DNA of 64,000 bases from Stegostoma tigrinum (taxonomy: Eukaryota), in NCBI RefSeq assembly GCF_030684315.1, contig NC_081393.1, positions 16,239,479 to 16,303,478 on the forward strand, in the 5' to 3' direction. Position numbers and translations under genes: made by a program. Of the stretch, positions 39,680 through 53,784 are shown piece by piece (positions within the stretch are counted from its first letter, which is position 1; each line of letters starts with the position of its first letter). A model generated the notes under the pieces. That model did no database searches. It had not been told where the DNA came from and saw nothing but the letters and a program-made list of their open reading frames with translations.

Positions 39680-40760
39680 AGACCATAAGACGTAGGAGTG
39701 GAGGTAAGGCCATTCAGCCCATCAAGTCCACTCTGCCATTTAAATCATGGCTGATGGGCATTTCAACTCCACTTCCCTGCACTCTCCCCGTAGCCCTGAT
39801 TCCTTGTGAGATCAAGAATTTGTCGATCTCTGCCTTGAAGGCATCCAACGTCCCGGCCTCCACTGCACTCCGTGGCAATGAATTCCACAAGCCCACCACT
39901 CTCTGGCTGAAGAAATATTGTCTCGTTTCAATTTTCAATTTACCCCCTCTAATTTTAAGGCTGTGCCCACAACTTCCTTGCGGCCACCCCTTCTAAGCCA
40001 TACATTATCTTGTAAGTTTCTATTAGATCGCCCCTCAACCTTCTAAACTCTAATGTGTACAATCCCAGGATCCTTAGCCGGTCATTATACGTTAAACCTA
40101 CCATTCCAGGGATCATCTGTGTGAATCTCCGCTGGGCATGCTCCAGGGCTAGTATGTCCTTCCTGAGGTGTGGGGCCCAAAATTGGGCACAGTATTCTAA
40201 ATGGGGCCTAACTAGAGCTTTATAAAGCCTCAGAAGCACATCGCTGCTTTTATATTCCAACTCTCTTGAGATAAACGACAACATTACATTCGCTTTCTTA
40301 ATCACGGACTCTACCTGCAAGTTAACTTTTAGAGAATCCTGAACCAACACTCCCAGATCCCTTTGTACTTCTGCTTTACGAATTTTCTCACCATTTAGAA
40401 AATAGTCCATGCCTGTATTCTTTTTTCCAAGATGCAAAACCTCACATTTACTCACATTGAATTTCATCAGCCATTTCCTGGACCACTCTCCTAAACTGTC
40501 TAAATCTTTCATCAGCTTCCGCACCTCCTCAGTGCTACCTCCCTGTCCACCTATCTTCGTGTCATCGGCAAACTTCGCCAGAATGCCCCCGGTCCTTTCA
40601 TCCAGATCATTAATATACAAGGTGAACAGCTGCAGCCCCAACACTGAGCCCTGCGGGACACCACTCGTCACCGGTCGCCATTCCGAAAAAGAGCCTTTTA
40701 TCCCAACTCTCTGCCTTCTGTCAGACAGCCAATCCTCAATCCAAGCCAGTAGCTCACCTC
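39680..40760 (-). mobile_element. CR1 LINE 3' portion, different subfamily, small internal deletion near 39970
   Basis: ORF 39955-40671 with PQGSVLG/KFADD, followed by C-terminal ORF 39714-39938. Confidence 0.92.
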
Positions 40761-40889
40761 GTTATAACTCTGGAGATAACTCAGCAAATCTGCAAGCACC
40801 AGTTGGGAGAGAATCACGTTTAACATTTCAAGACCAATACAATGATTCTTCAAGCTGAAACATAAAGCAGCTAATTTGATTTTCACCAT

Positions 40890-41280
40890 ATTCACAAACA
40901 GCCACTTCTTCCACCACATTGCTTAGTAGCAGGAGTGTGTGGCCCTCTACAAGATGCCCTGCAGAAATTCACCAAGGCTCCTAAGATAGCATCTTCAAAA
41001 CCCATAATCTCTTCCATTGAGAAGGAAAAGGCAGCAGGTACATGGGAACAGCACCAGCTGCGAGTTCTCCTCCAAGCCACTAACTTGGAAATCTATCACT
41101 GTTCCTTCAGTGTGGTTGGCTCAAAAATTGTGGAACTCCTTTTCTCAAAGCTTTGAGGGTGTCACTACATCTCATGAACTGCAGGCGTTCAAGAAGGCAG
41201 CACGCCACCTACTTCTCAAGGGCAATGGCGATGGGCAGTAAATGCTGGCCCAGCCTATAATGCCCACATCCCACCAATAA
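40890..41280 (+). mobile_element. LINE 3' end (same family as 26570-27469 and 49190-49370)
   Basis: ttcaagaaggcagcacgccacctacttctcaagggcaa...aaatgctggcc tail shared with other copies. Confidence 0.75.
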
Positions 41281-44200
41281 GTTTGGAATAAGCAGACAGG
41301 GTAGCTCAACTTGTGCTGACTACTGCATCCTGTAAGCTGCATTCAGCTCTTGTCATGTACAGTCTCATTTGCAGATTCTATCCACTAACGTGTTATATAA
41401 CATTCCTTTTGGTTTATGTTAAGTTTATTTGCTTTCCTTCAAAGACTCAATATTTCAAAACATGTCAGTACAAGAGCCACATTAGCCATATACTTAACCA
41501 GTGGCTATTTTACTGTTAATGCAGTGGTTTGCGTTCTCTTTCCACCACAGCAAACATTATCCTTTTTAATTAAAGTTGTGTTTTGAGAGATGGCACCAGA
41601 AAATAACATTTTGTGATTGAAATAAAAATACAGATCATTAATCTGCTTCAGCGATAGTAACTTCCAAAAGCCAACTAGAATCTACTGAAAAAGAAGAAAT
41701 TTGCAGGGCTTTGTGAAAAGAGCAATGGCGTAGAGTTCATTGGATGAAGAACCAGTACAGGCTTGATACCACCAAATTGGCTTCGTCCTGTGCTGAGAAA
41801 TATAGAGAGTCTGTCCTGCATGTGACTCTGGTCCCATACTATATGGCTAACTTCTAATGCTATCAAGTGAATTAAGAATAGGCATTAGGTAATATCTTAC
41901 CACTGTAGCCTTGATCTCAAGAACAAATATAAAAAACATACATAATCTGGTCATAGTGAGGATGAAAAGCTCATTGGCTGCAGTGTTATTTCAAATTTAA
42001 TGTTTCTTCCATTTAAGTTACAGTCAACCATGATGTAATTCAAATATGTTTAGTAGCCATTTCTGTTCTTTTCTTCTCAAGATCAGGCAATGGAAATAAA
42101 ATCCAAGTTGTAAGCTTCCGAATGGCTCAGTTTGTTTGTGTTGTCTTGTTGACTGCAGTACAAATGAGATGGTCCCAGGATCCACAGCCTTGAACCCTTC
42201 GTTGTACAGAAGTTGCTGTTTATGAAAGCTGAAATGAAATTTGTGACACCCATCATCAATGAGAGAAAGCTCCTGAGCGAATACGGTTTAGAAACAGAAA
42301 GTTGATATTTCAAACTTCTTGTGTTGTGACCCATTGATTCTTGTGCAGGCAACAAGACAACGTTGTTAAGTGTTGAAGAACAGGAGGATAAGAGAGACAA
42401 GAGATCCAAATTTCTGAAATATAGTCTTGTTCCTCTGGAACGTAATTTGAGCAGAGCTTCAGAAAGAAACTTTTGTCAGGGCTTTCAGGATGCCGTTGTT
42501 TGCTGTTCCAGCTGCTCCCTTTTGTCTCAATATGAAAGATATCTTTTTCTTACGTGGTACAATCTTAAATTTGCAACTCTGTGTGAATTTGGAATTTGTA
42601 ATTAAAAACTAATGAAAGGGAACATTGGAATGAGTTCATGATTTCCATAAGACTAGCTTATTTGTGCTGACATAAGTTTTTGTTTTATCCGCATGATTGC
42701 AGTTACATGTCAAATGTGTTAGCTTTGTCAACTAATTTAATATAGGTTTTAGAGTATTGGTTGTACCAATAGATATAGAACTTTTCCCGTTTTCATCTTT
42801 TCAAAATAATTATAGCCATTTTTGGTAGGATTGCTATTCCCTCATATAAAGCCATTTTGTTTTCAAGGTGGACAATGATTTCGTTTTGGTTTGAAATTAG
42901 AAAATGCTATTGGAAGGAACACTGTTCCAATTTCATCTGAAAAGAAGCATTGATTGTTAGCAAATGAAATATTACAATTAACTGTCAACATTTAAGAACA
43001 CAAAAGTGAAATCTGGTGTCAGTCTTCTAAAATTTTACTTGCTCCTTTCACATATTTTCTCCGTTTAATCTGAATGAAATTGTACTAAAGTGCAATGTTT
43101 CCATTTCATTTTCCAATATTGTAGTATATTTCTGACAGAAACAATTTGCACATCATTACTTTAAGATGCACACCAGTGATATTGCGAGTTTATTTAATTT
43201 GAAAACATTTCCCACAATAGTTTTCACATTGGATTAAAAAAATCATAATGGCATTTTCACTATAATCATCTTCAAATTCCATGGGATACGGGTCAAAAAT
43301 GAAGTTTGTTATCAAGGAGAGAATTACCTTTTTAATATTAGCAGAGAAGATTATTGAAACAAAAGTGAGGCAAAGGGGGAATTATGTGTTTCTTAATATA
43401 GAAAAGCTGAGTTGTATAATCATTAGGTAAGATTGACTTGGATAGAACACTGGGATATCTGGGCTTGATGGATTTCTCTTGAATTCCTAAAGTATTAACA
43501 TTCTTTAATAAAAGATTGCATTGTCAGCTTTGTCAAGAGGAAATGTTTAGGTGGATCTGATGAAGACCAAACAAACAAGGAATTTCAAGAGACTCCCATG
43601 TAAGTCACGGACATTGAAGTTGATCTGCGGGAAGCAAGTGATGATAAAGAATTTGGGACAGGAGTCCACAACTTTCTCTGTGGTTGCCCTTGATGCATAT
43701 TCCTGATCTCGATTTTTGGAAAGAAATGCTACCCCATAAGTTCCAAAAAACTCTGAAATGGCAAATAACTTAAGCATTTCCATAATTGCACTAAAATTAA
43801 TATTGTTTGAGAGGGTCCACATTTGTCCTGATTATGCCAGCTGATAACCTTTGCCGACTGATAAGCTGTTTTGAGTGGGCTTAAATTTTTTTTTACAAGT
43901 CCTTTTGAATTTTGTAATCATACTCCTGTATCCGTATTTCTGTCTTTGTTTTTGATACTGTGCTTCTCACTTTATAAGAGATACTGTTACTCTTTCGGTG
44001 GAGAAACGATCCCGAGAAAGGTACAACAGAAATAATTATAAAAAACCTCTACGCAAAAGTAGAGTGTCCACTGGAGCTTTGAACATTTGTTATATCACAG
44101 ATTCTTCTTTCTGTTATGAAGTGGCCAGTGAGGATAAAATTAAAGAATAATCACAGAAAGACTTTGTATAAACTGTTTTGTAAAATCCATATTGTTTATT

Positions 44201-44283
44201 TCAAAGTAAAAGAGGAATTCTATTCACTGAATTGAATGGGGTTAATGGCAACATTTTTGAATGAGCACAGTGTGGCTTCAACT

Positions 44284-44665
44284 CACTTGAGTAAAAGAAA
44301 AATACTGTGGATGCTTGAAACCTAAAACGAAAAAAGAGAATGCTGAAGAAAGTCATTTCAGAGATAGTAGGAACTGCAGATGCTGGAGAATCTGAGATAA
44401 CAAGGTTTTCTGAAGAAGGGTCTCGGCCCAAAACGTCAGCTTTCCTGCTTCCCTGATGCTGCTTGGCTGGCTGTGTTCATCCAGCTCTACACCTTGTTAT
44501 CTCTGCTAAAGAAAGTCAACAGGTCATGTAGCATCAATGGAGAGAGAGACAATGTTAACATTTCTAGTGTCGAGTGTGACTGTTCTTCAGAAGGAAAGTG
44601 AAGACATACTGGACTCAAAATATTAACTGTGGTTGCCAGACCTGCTGAGTTTCTCCAATGTTTTT
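44284..44665. mobile_element. Family C PLE fold-back insertion containing a nested family A mini-insertion (44356-44503)
   Basis: Outer direct repeat TGGCTTCAACT (44273-44283, 44666-44676). Inner repeat TGCT(G/A)AAGAAAGTCA (44341-44355, 44504-44518). Hammerhead at 44410 has GAAA changed to AAAA. Confidence 0.85.
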
Positions 44666-45684
44666 TGGCTTCAACTTGCTGTTAAATTGCAAGTTCAAGC
44701 TGCATGTTAAATTGCAGTGAGCATTCCATTGTGTTTTTGCAATAAGCTGAGAGATATAAGCCAGATTTAAACACTTTGGTTTGCATTGCATCGTATCTTT
44801 TCATTAATAGACATGTTATTTTATTCCACGACTTGTGAAATTTGCAGTCTGATTTGCAAATCAGCAGTCATGCCTTGACAAAAACTAAAGTTGTTCACAA
44901 CCAACATAAAATAACGAATAAAGTTACATGAATACACTCAAAACTATCAAAATAAATACAAAGAATGAAGCATTTATTGCCTGATCTTGAACTATGTGTG
45001 CTGAGCTTCTTTTTCTGCCTCTAGCACCTGTAACTAGGTTGGGAAAAGTACGCAAGAGAGGACTAAAATAGTCAACCAGTTTTAGTCATTTTAAAAAATT
45101 TCTTCCTCTTTGGGGTTGTCCATCGCCAACTCAGCAACTTTCATCTGTTCTGTATTAATATATTTTACAAATCTACCTCACGGTTGCACTGACTCAAGGC
45201 CACTTGCACATCAGGTTTCAAAGCCAGTTTCCACTAGTTGTTCCCACTGACTTTGATAATCTTTCTGCATCTGATTGTAAAGAATCACATGGGGAGACTT
45301 CAATCACAAAAATGCAGCGTTGATATTTATTGAAATGTTATTTCGTTACTGTGCTGTAGTTGCCCTATAGACTAAATAATGGCACTTTGTGAGTGGTACC
45401 CTTCAATGTGCCTAGGTAACTGCAAAAATCATGACGGGCAACTTCCAGGGAAGTTCTAAAAAGGGGTCATTGGACTTGAATCATAATTCTGTTTTCCGTC
45501 CTCAGGTGCTGCCATACTTGCTGAGTTTCTCCGGAATTTCTGTTTTTATGTTAAGAAAGTGGCATTCTTTTCTGAGATACAGACGTGATGGGCAAAATGA
45601 GATTCCTCCTGTGCGTTATTATTCTCTCATCTCTGGAGCCATTGTGTTTCACCAACTGTTTCTTTGCCTTTCCTTCTTCAACAG

Positions 45685-45749
45685 GGTGTTTGCCGATTGC
45701 CAGATGATAGTGATGGTAGTGATTATCCCTTCAGGAGAATTGACATTAG
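45685..45749 (+). CDS. POLB: DNA polymerase beta, internal exon (equivalent to human exon 12, 65 bp)
   Basis: Polypyrimidine tract and CAG acceptor, GTAAGT donor at 45750. Translates GVCRLPDDSDGSDYPFRRIDI(R), matching human [22 protein letters not shown] including catalytic D256. Confidence 0.96.
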
Positions 45750-48700
45750 GTAAGTTAATTTATCCGATATTTGTAAATTCTCAAAGTCACTCAGAATGCT
45801 ACTCCCTCAACTGTCACCTGTCCGATTAATGTGGTCAACACCCCAAGATAGCAGTTTGATAACTTATGCTTTATAAAGTAGCTCAATGTTGTAAGGTCTT
45901 TCTTTTTGCTAGCTTTTCTTTTGCACTGAAAAAGTTGTAATCATTCCACTTTTTCACCTGTTAGTTAGGAACCATGTGCAATATAAACTGACAGCAGGTG
46001 CAGAATATGGATGGTTGCCAAGGAATAATGAACTGAGTAGTTAACTTGGATACCATATTATTCTCCACATTAGGGAAATTATGTTTGTGAGGTAGCTGGA
46101 AGTTCATTTTCTGCTTTAAACTTGTTACAAGTTGCTGAATAAACCTTCTTAGCAAAAACATATGGTTTGTTTATAATGAGCTGTATGTCGCTTGAATGCT
46201 GTTGTACTCTGTCTTTTTTGTTTATTTTCATTTTGTTTAGAACTCCTCAGCTTCGCTGTTTCCCCTCTCTCTTGAGCTGTGCGTTTATTTATTGTCTTCT
46301 AAATCCATAGAATTGTGGAAGTTTATCACATTATTTATTAATCTCAAAATGTTATTGAGGCTTTTTTGTGATTTTATTTAGACCCTAGGAATTGTACAGT
46401 TGAACCCCATGAATCATTTTGCTTGGTTGTACCCGTTTGCAAAGTTTTGAGGTGTGGACACTGTATTCTCACTCTCTGTTTTTTTCTCCCAGAATGTAGT
46501 AACTTGCACTTCTCCATGACAAGTTGTACTGGCCAGCTGTTTAATCATTTCACTAAATTTTGCTGTTCCCAGAGCATTTTTTGTGTTTGCAGGTTTTCTA
46601 CTTTTTCTGTAGTTTGTTCCTATTTTCCTGTGTTCCTTTTCCTTGATGGCTGAAGGTGATGACTCCCTCACAGCTCGTGTTGCTGATAAAAATATGTATA
46701 AGACAATGACTTTAGCACTAATTCACTCTTTACTGAACTGGATTTAGAGGCTCAATTTTAAATCCAGTTTTATTTTCAACAAAAGGGCAGAGGCTAAACT
46801 TCAGCAGGAAACTAAGAGATAGGGATTCAATCTCATTCCTTTTGCTTCTTGTCTGCACTTACTTCAGAGATGGTTTCCGTTAAATTAATCTAATAATTCT
46901 AAACTAAAAAGGCAAATTCTACCTTGCATAGATTCTTTGCATGGACTTCAGGAACTTAATGTCATTGTAGTGTGATTCTGCATTTTGCACTTCAAGGAAG
47001 TTGCAATTTAAGTTCTTAATCAATATTCAGCTAATTTGATATGGTACAATTGACCTCAGTGCTTGTAAGGGGAGAACATTTATTAAGAGCTGTGCCTATT
47101 CCTGCTGAAGATTATGGATGACAGGAAAAAAAACAGGATCTGGCTGAGTCTTCATGTCCTCCCACATAGCTAATTGTCCTGCTTGGACTAATTATCAAGA
47201 TTATGTGAACAATGGTTATTTGGATGTGGTTCAAAATAGTTACTGGGGTCTATGGAATTGTAATCCAGTATTGCCTTCAGAAGTAAAGCGGAGGTTGGTG
47301 GGGTCACATGGAGAGAATGCAGAAAGGATGCCAAAAGGGAAATTCATAATCCTGTATGAAACCAACATGGAGCTGAATTTATATGAACCTAATTTTCAGG
47401 ACTAAGCAAGGTCCTTATTTTGATGCCTATGGCTTTTTGCTGTATGTAATTGATAATTCCCAATTGACAGTTGTCAAGGTTGATTTGTAACTTGTACATT
47501 GAATAACATGTAGCTACGACGTTTTGTTCAATTGTTCCTAATTTGACATCTGATTCTTTTTAGTTTGTGTTTTCACATAGCCATTCAAATATGAGATTGA
47601 TGGTGGTCTTGTATTTGGTGTCTTGTGATGAGATGAGATGCTTCATGTGGGTGGCCTCCAGGAGGAAAAGTAAAATGAAACAATTAGCCTGACATTGGCA
47701 GTTACACTTCAGTTTGTATCAGCTGTGTTTATGGGGATGCCTGGGCCGTTGGTCACAATAGTTAGCAGGAACAGAAGAGTTTTTTTGTGGATTGGATTTT
47801 GGATCATTCTCTTATCTCCAAAACTAGATATCTTACTCCAAATGGGAAGTATGCTGGAATTTAAACTCATATAGCGCTTCAGGCCAGTGGAATCTATAAG
47901 GCTGAAGGGTTATTAATTGCCACCAAAGTTGCCTTTGTGAGAGTTGCAGGGTCAGTGTCCTGGAACTGGAAGTGCAAAGCATTGTGGGATGCTTAGAGAT
48001 ACAGCAATCAAGAAGAAGGCACCAGCTTCTCCAGGGCAACCATTGACCGGCAATAAATATCAACCTTGCAACATCATCTGGGGAAAAAAAAGCTTGACCT
48101 TTTAACTGTGCTAAATAACAATCTTAGTCAACAATTTAGCTGTATAAAGTTTGAGTCACTCCACGATGTTTATACTGAGACCCTTCTAATAGCCATTGAA
48201 TAGTGTACAAAGCACAGTTTCTGCCAGATCACTGATTGCTCTCTCATCACTAATTCTGTCTTCTCTATTACAGTATCTTTTTGTCTGTTCCTATTGATCT
48301 ATTTGATACTTTGGTCCTGGCTCTAGGATCTTGCCTTCAAAGCTGCAAGTAAAAGTATATTGATTTGCACATTGTTTCTCTTCCCCATCTAGTTCTTTTA
48401 TCATCATTAGTTGTCGCAGTTTCTTAAGTTTACTGTTTTTTAAACTCTGTATATTCCTTAGCATTTAAAACCCAAAATTAGCATTGCCTATTTACTCATC
48501 TTTGATTTACCTTGATCTTTCCAAATTCACGAAATGTTGTGGAATCTTCACCATGTCTTGGCTTATCAGCCCCATTTCTGATAAAAATCTTCTGGACGTT
48601 CACGTATCCCTTTTGTTTTTACTCAGTGGAGCTTATTTAGAACCCTTCTCTTTAAGTTTTCTGATTTGCCTGCCTTTTTCCATTTCTGTCTGATATGTTA

Positions 48701-51367
48701 ACAAAATTACCTGGTTAGTATTGGATAGTGTTCTATAATTTTACAAAATAATTCAATAATTAGTAATAGTTAGCATCTTTGAGCTGGCTTAGTTTTACCA
48801 CTCATGACTGTGAATTAAGTATATCTTATCTGTGGCATTAGCCAACGGTTCTAATACTCCTGAGCAAATCTCTCATCTTTTTCATAAGTGACTGTGTGGT
48901 CTGTGTGGTCTTTGTTTGTTCATTTTAAAGCCATTAGTTCAAGCAGAGTTGAGTTTGGGATGGCAGTTTGTCATTATAAAACATTGCAAATCCTTTTGAG
49001 ACACTCAGTTATAAACTGTACTTTGTGTTTCTAAATTGTCTAAGTTTTGTTCATCTTGCTGAAAGGGATCAATTCACATAGGTTAACAGTGGTTAGTTTC
49101 AGCTCATTTTCTAAGGATTGAGCTCGTACAGCTAAAGTATTCTGAAATTTCAGGTGATAGTTGCTCATCAAAGATAGAGGAGTGATCTCCATGGAAAATG
49201 GGTCAAAATCCTGGAATTCCCTTCCTAATAGCATTGCAGGTCAACCTACAGCAGGAGGACTGCAGCGGTTCAAGAAGGTAGCTCACCACCACTTTCTCAA
49301 GGGCAACTAGGGATGGGCAAGAAATGCTGGCCAGCCAGCGACACCCACATCCCACAAACAAATAGAAAAAAAAGTGTACCTCTCTTCAACTGTTTCTGCT
49401 TATTCAAAGTGTTGCTTCTTGAATGTGAGCACTTGCAATGTCTAATTGCCTGATTATTCAATCAGAAAGCTCACAGTTTCAGGCAATAAACAATCTCCTA
49501 AATTGACAGTAAGGGAGGGGGAGGTAGCACTGCTCATTGTGGCGCTGTTATTGGATGCAGTTTGCGATTCATTTCAATGTGCCTCAGTTTCTAGTTTATT
49601 TTCATATGATAATTTTCACAAGCCTCGTTTGATAAACGAAAAATACTCCCAATTCTTCTATTATCCTGTCCCCTAAAAGGGACTAGGCAGTTCGCCCACT
49701 CCTGGCAGAGTTTATCCAATTCCAAAACAAAGTTAATCTTTTTTTTAAATGGACAAGAAACTTATAAGTGAGCGACAACTGCTCTGGAGTAACACTGTAG
49801 AATAACCAGAAATTAACTAAGCAGAGAGATTGAATCATAATGCATCTTCACTGGGCCACAAATAACCGGTCATTAGAATGATTGCTGAAATAGAGAAGGT
49901 GGTTTGAATGATAAAGTAGGACTTTTTAGTGTGCGGATGCTGGGAATGAGTGAGTTTACCCAAATGTGATCTTTTGTTGAATGCTTGTGGAAGATAAACC
50001 AAGGAAATGTCAAATGGCGCAGTCTGTTGGGCAGATGTGGATTCTTGCATTTAAGATATTTCTAATGACCCTATTAGAAATACCTAGATTTATAGTCAAC
50101 TTTCCCCAAACTAATGTAAATTTAACGTGTATTTTGCTTTTATGTCTAGATATTGTTTAATGGTGCACTATCATGCTTTATTTTCAGTTTTGTATATCAG
50201 CTCAGATTGCTGTGTGTTCCCCATTGTGGTTTAGGTTTTGTCTTTGTTTAGCCTAAGCACGGTAGACCTCCCATACTGCCAATCTTGGTTCTTCCCATTC
50301 ACATCAGAACAGAGTCTCCAATTGAAGCCATGGACTGACTACTTCTCTCAACCCCGGTACAACAAGCAATTTTCAATTTAAAGTCAACTGAAAACAGCTT
50401 GATGTGCATTCTTTTTTAAATAAAAAGTGACATTTTGCTTAAATGAAGGTTATGAAATTCTAACCATTATGATTAGAAAAATTGCCTATATTTAAGAGGC
50501 ATTCTGCTATTTTATTAAGGCTTCTGTTGAATTGCCTATGTGAAGACTGTGACTGATTTAGATTACCCTGCCACTTTATCTAGTAACCTCTTAAATAAAA
50601 TATGCTTTTATTTGCTTTTGGCCCCTCCATATAGTTTTCAAATCATGTCATACATATTACTTGGCTCTAACTGATTATATATCTACTTCAACACAACCGA
50701 TTATATATCTATTTAGTTGACCAGTTTAGAGTTGTTAAACAATAATTTAGGCCACAGGAAGTTAAACATAATTGCCACAGTTTCCGGTACAGGTTAACAA
50801 GGCAATCCTGAATTAAATATTAATGTGATGATTTATGCTTAATTTTATGTAATTTTGTTGGTAACCTCTTCTGACTGTAATCTGTAAATTCAGAAGTGGC
50901 AATATGTTATGGAGAGTATGAGCACTGCTCTGTTAAAAACCTCATTCTGAAATAGATCATGGGGTGAAACTTACTTCACATCTAGTCCATGATACTTCCC
51001 TTTATTTAGTCTTTGTCCTTGATGTATGCATTTTGAATATATTCTCTGTTCGGACTAGAACGTTTCTTTGTCTATTCAGTCTTGGAGCACCGTGCCCATA
51101 TTTGTGAAAATCACCTGCAGGTGTTACTTACTCTGGTTGTATCATTGAAGTCAATGATTACGTATCAAACGTTCAGAAATGATGCTGAAGAGGATGCAAC
51201 TATGCCTCAGAAGGAACTTTGGGTTGTCTCTGTTTTCAATCTTGAAAGTTGGTTCCAGATGCCGGTATTTCAAAATTAAACAAATTATGTATTTATCCAG
51301 CCTTCCATGTGACTCACTTTGGCCAAGTTTGGGGTTCAAACACTCTGACGACCCAGTATTGTTTTAA

Positions 51368-51564
51368 GATAACAAGGAGTGGAGCTGGATGAACGCAGCA
51401 GGCCAGGCAGCATCAGAGGACCAGGAAGGCTGACGTTTTCTGAAGAAGGGTCCAGATCCGAAACGTCAGTTATCCTGCTTCTCTGATGCTGCCTGGCCTG
51501 CTGTGTTCATCCAGCGCCACTCCTTGTTATCCCAGACTCCAGCATCCTACTATCTCTGAGTCAA
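51368..51564. mobile_element. Family A PLE fold-back mini-insertion just upstream of POLB exon 13
   Basis: ~70 bp inverted arms plus tail. TATTGTTTTAA duplicated at 51357-51367 and 51565-51575. Confidence 0.9.
51438..51469 (+). ncRNA. Minimal hammerhead ribozyme motif, intact core, weak stem I
   Basis: CUGAAGA-A-GGGUC-ca-GAUCC-GAAA-CG-UC; predicted cleavage after 51467. Confidence 0.65.
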
Positions 51565-51631
51565 TATTGTTTTAACTTGTGTCTATTAAATTTGGAATCT
51601 CACTGCTGACTGTGCATTTCTCCTGTTGCAG

Positions 51632-51771
51632 GCTAATTCCAAAAGATCAGTATTTCTGCGGTGTGCTTTATTTCACTGGCAGTGATCTTTTTAACAAGAA
51701 CATGAGGACCCAAGCACTAGAAAAAGGCTTCACATTGAATGAGTACACAATTCGTCCTTTGGGAAGCACAG
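51632..51771 (+). CDS. POLB: DNA polymerase beta, internal exon (equivalent to human exon 13, 140 bp)
   Basis: tgttgcag acceptor, GTAAGA donor. Encodes (R)[46 protein letters not shown](G), with the YFTGS, N279 and R283 motifs of Pol beta. Phase continues from exon 12. Confidence 0.98.
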
Positions 51772-53456
51772 GTAAGAACTGAATGATATTGGAAACTTAA
51801 TGTTTTTACAGAGTTTGCCTGCTGACTAAATCAACCAAACTGACGAAGATTCCTTCTTTATTAACTGGGTTAAATGAAAAGTATGTATCTAGTTTGGAAT
51901 TAAATCACTAAAATTCTAATATCATTTGATTACATTTCAGAAATACTTCCGAATGGAAGAACTTTGCTAAATAAATGTTAAAGTTGGACATTGTCACCCT
52001 GATGGAATATTTACAACTTCAGTTACTTTTTTTCCCCTTCAGAGGGCTGAGGCTTGTATATCTGAAGAAAAGTTAATCAATGTATATCCAAATGCATGTA
52101 CTAGGCTTTACTTTGTTGCAGTTTTGGAAGCATGGCAACGAAACATCGTGAAACTCCACTTTTTTTTTCTTCTGTCAAAAAGACTTGGTGCTTTAGAAAC
52201 TGAAATTCACGCAAATAGTGTATTTCTTCTTGAGGTCTCATTTTGTGCAGATAATTAGTCACAAACTGGAATAATACAACTTAATCTTGTTCTTGGCCAA
52301 TGTACTTTCTCCCAGTCTGATAAATAACTGCTCACTGCTACAAGCTGCTTTTGTCCCTTGGTAAATTTAACTTCTACACTGCCACCATCCTTTTTGTTGA
52401 GAAAAAGCTGAGAATGCCTCTGTCCAAATCCCACCTGCTCTAAGCATGTCACATTGATTGATTGAAAAATATAAAATCCAATACAGGAGAGTTCTTTGGT
52501 GCAGTGTTAGTTTTCCTATCTCTAAGCCAGAAGGCCCAGGTACAAGTCCCATCTGCCTCACATGTGTACCATGATATCTGATTGGTTTTTAAAAAAAGTC
52601 TTTAAATCCAACAACGAATTCAGGGAAAGGAATAGAAGTAAATACTGATAAAATGAGATTAATAGGAAGTGGGAAGAGGCTTGCGAGCTATGCAAATGCT
52701 AGCATTACCAGGTGGGCTAAATGTTCTGTTTTTCAGCTGTAGGTGTGACTTTTCTGTTAAGCAGTATATTGAAAGTAAGTTGAGTTCAAATGACTGAAAA
52801 AGACAGCATCTTCAGTGTTTCTTTGTTCAAGTAAATCTTGAACTCAATAAACTTGTCTTTCTGTGGTTTGCTGTGTTTTTCATTATGGTGTAAAAGAAGT
52901 TGTATCTTAAGAGTCTATGATTGCTTGACTTTGGTGCACTGGATGGTGAGAAATTATTTGTTTCGTAGTTGGTCAGAATTTATAGTGAGTGTCACTGGTG
53001 AATTGTGCAAATCATCATTTAATTGCTGGCAGTCAAGACCATGTTAGTGGTTCAAAAATGTATCTTCGTACATGTGGCAAGAAAAAGTCACCTTCTAGCT
53101 CATTACTCTTCTAATGTCAGAACTGAATTTTTGAATTGATTCCAGGTTATTGACTCTTTCTTCAGCCTGTGTACGACATAAAATTTCTCTTTGAAGAGCA
53201 ATATGTGGAAATGCCTGGAGTTTGTGATTTTCAGCCATTATAGAACCATAACAGCCAAAGTCTTTGCAATACTTTCCTAAATTTAGAAGTCTTAAACAAC
53301 TCCTGGTGTCAGCCTCTGCCCCATTTCGTAACAAGTGAGCCACAATTGCAGTGGGACATAAAATAAGATTGATAGTGGCAATATCTAATTATACTATTTA
53401 AGTGTGTGTGTATAGTGGCATTCCCATGGCAGTAACTCTTAGAATTAGGGGATGTA

Positions 53457-53784
53457 TAGAATCACAGAACCCCTACAGTGCAGTTAAAGGCCACTCAGCC
53501 TATTGGACCTGCACTGACTGTCTGAAGAGCATCCCATCCCCACCCTATCCCGTAATTCCCACATTACCGCAGTTAATCCACCTAACCTGCTCATCCCTGG
53601 ACACAATGGGGAAATTTAGCATGGCCAGTCCACCTAACTGCAGATCTTTGGACTGCAGGAGGAAACGGGAACACCCAGCTCAAACTCTCACAAAAAAAGG
53701 AAGAACATGCACACTCCACATAAGGCTGGCATTTTTCCTGGGTGCCTGGTACCATGAGGTAGCAGTGCAAACCACTGTGCCACC
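53457..53784 (-). mobile_element. HE1-like V-SINE, diverged
   Basis: Reverse complement of the V-domain and tRNA-like head (aatttagcatggccagtccacctaac...). Confidence 0.85.

Noticed and set aside
43980-44110. POLB exon 11 candidate
   Set aside because: Superficial nucleotide similarity only; no frame gives the [13 protein letters not shown] motif with valid splice sites.
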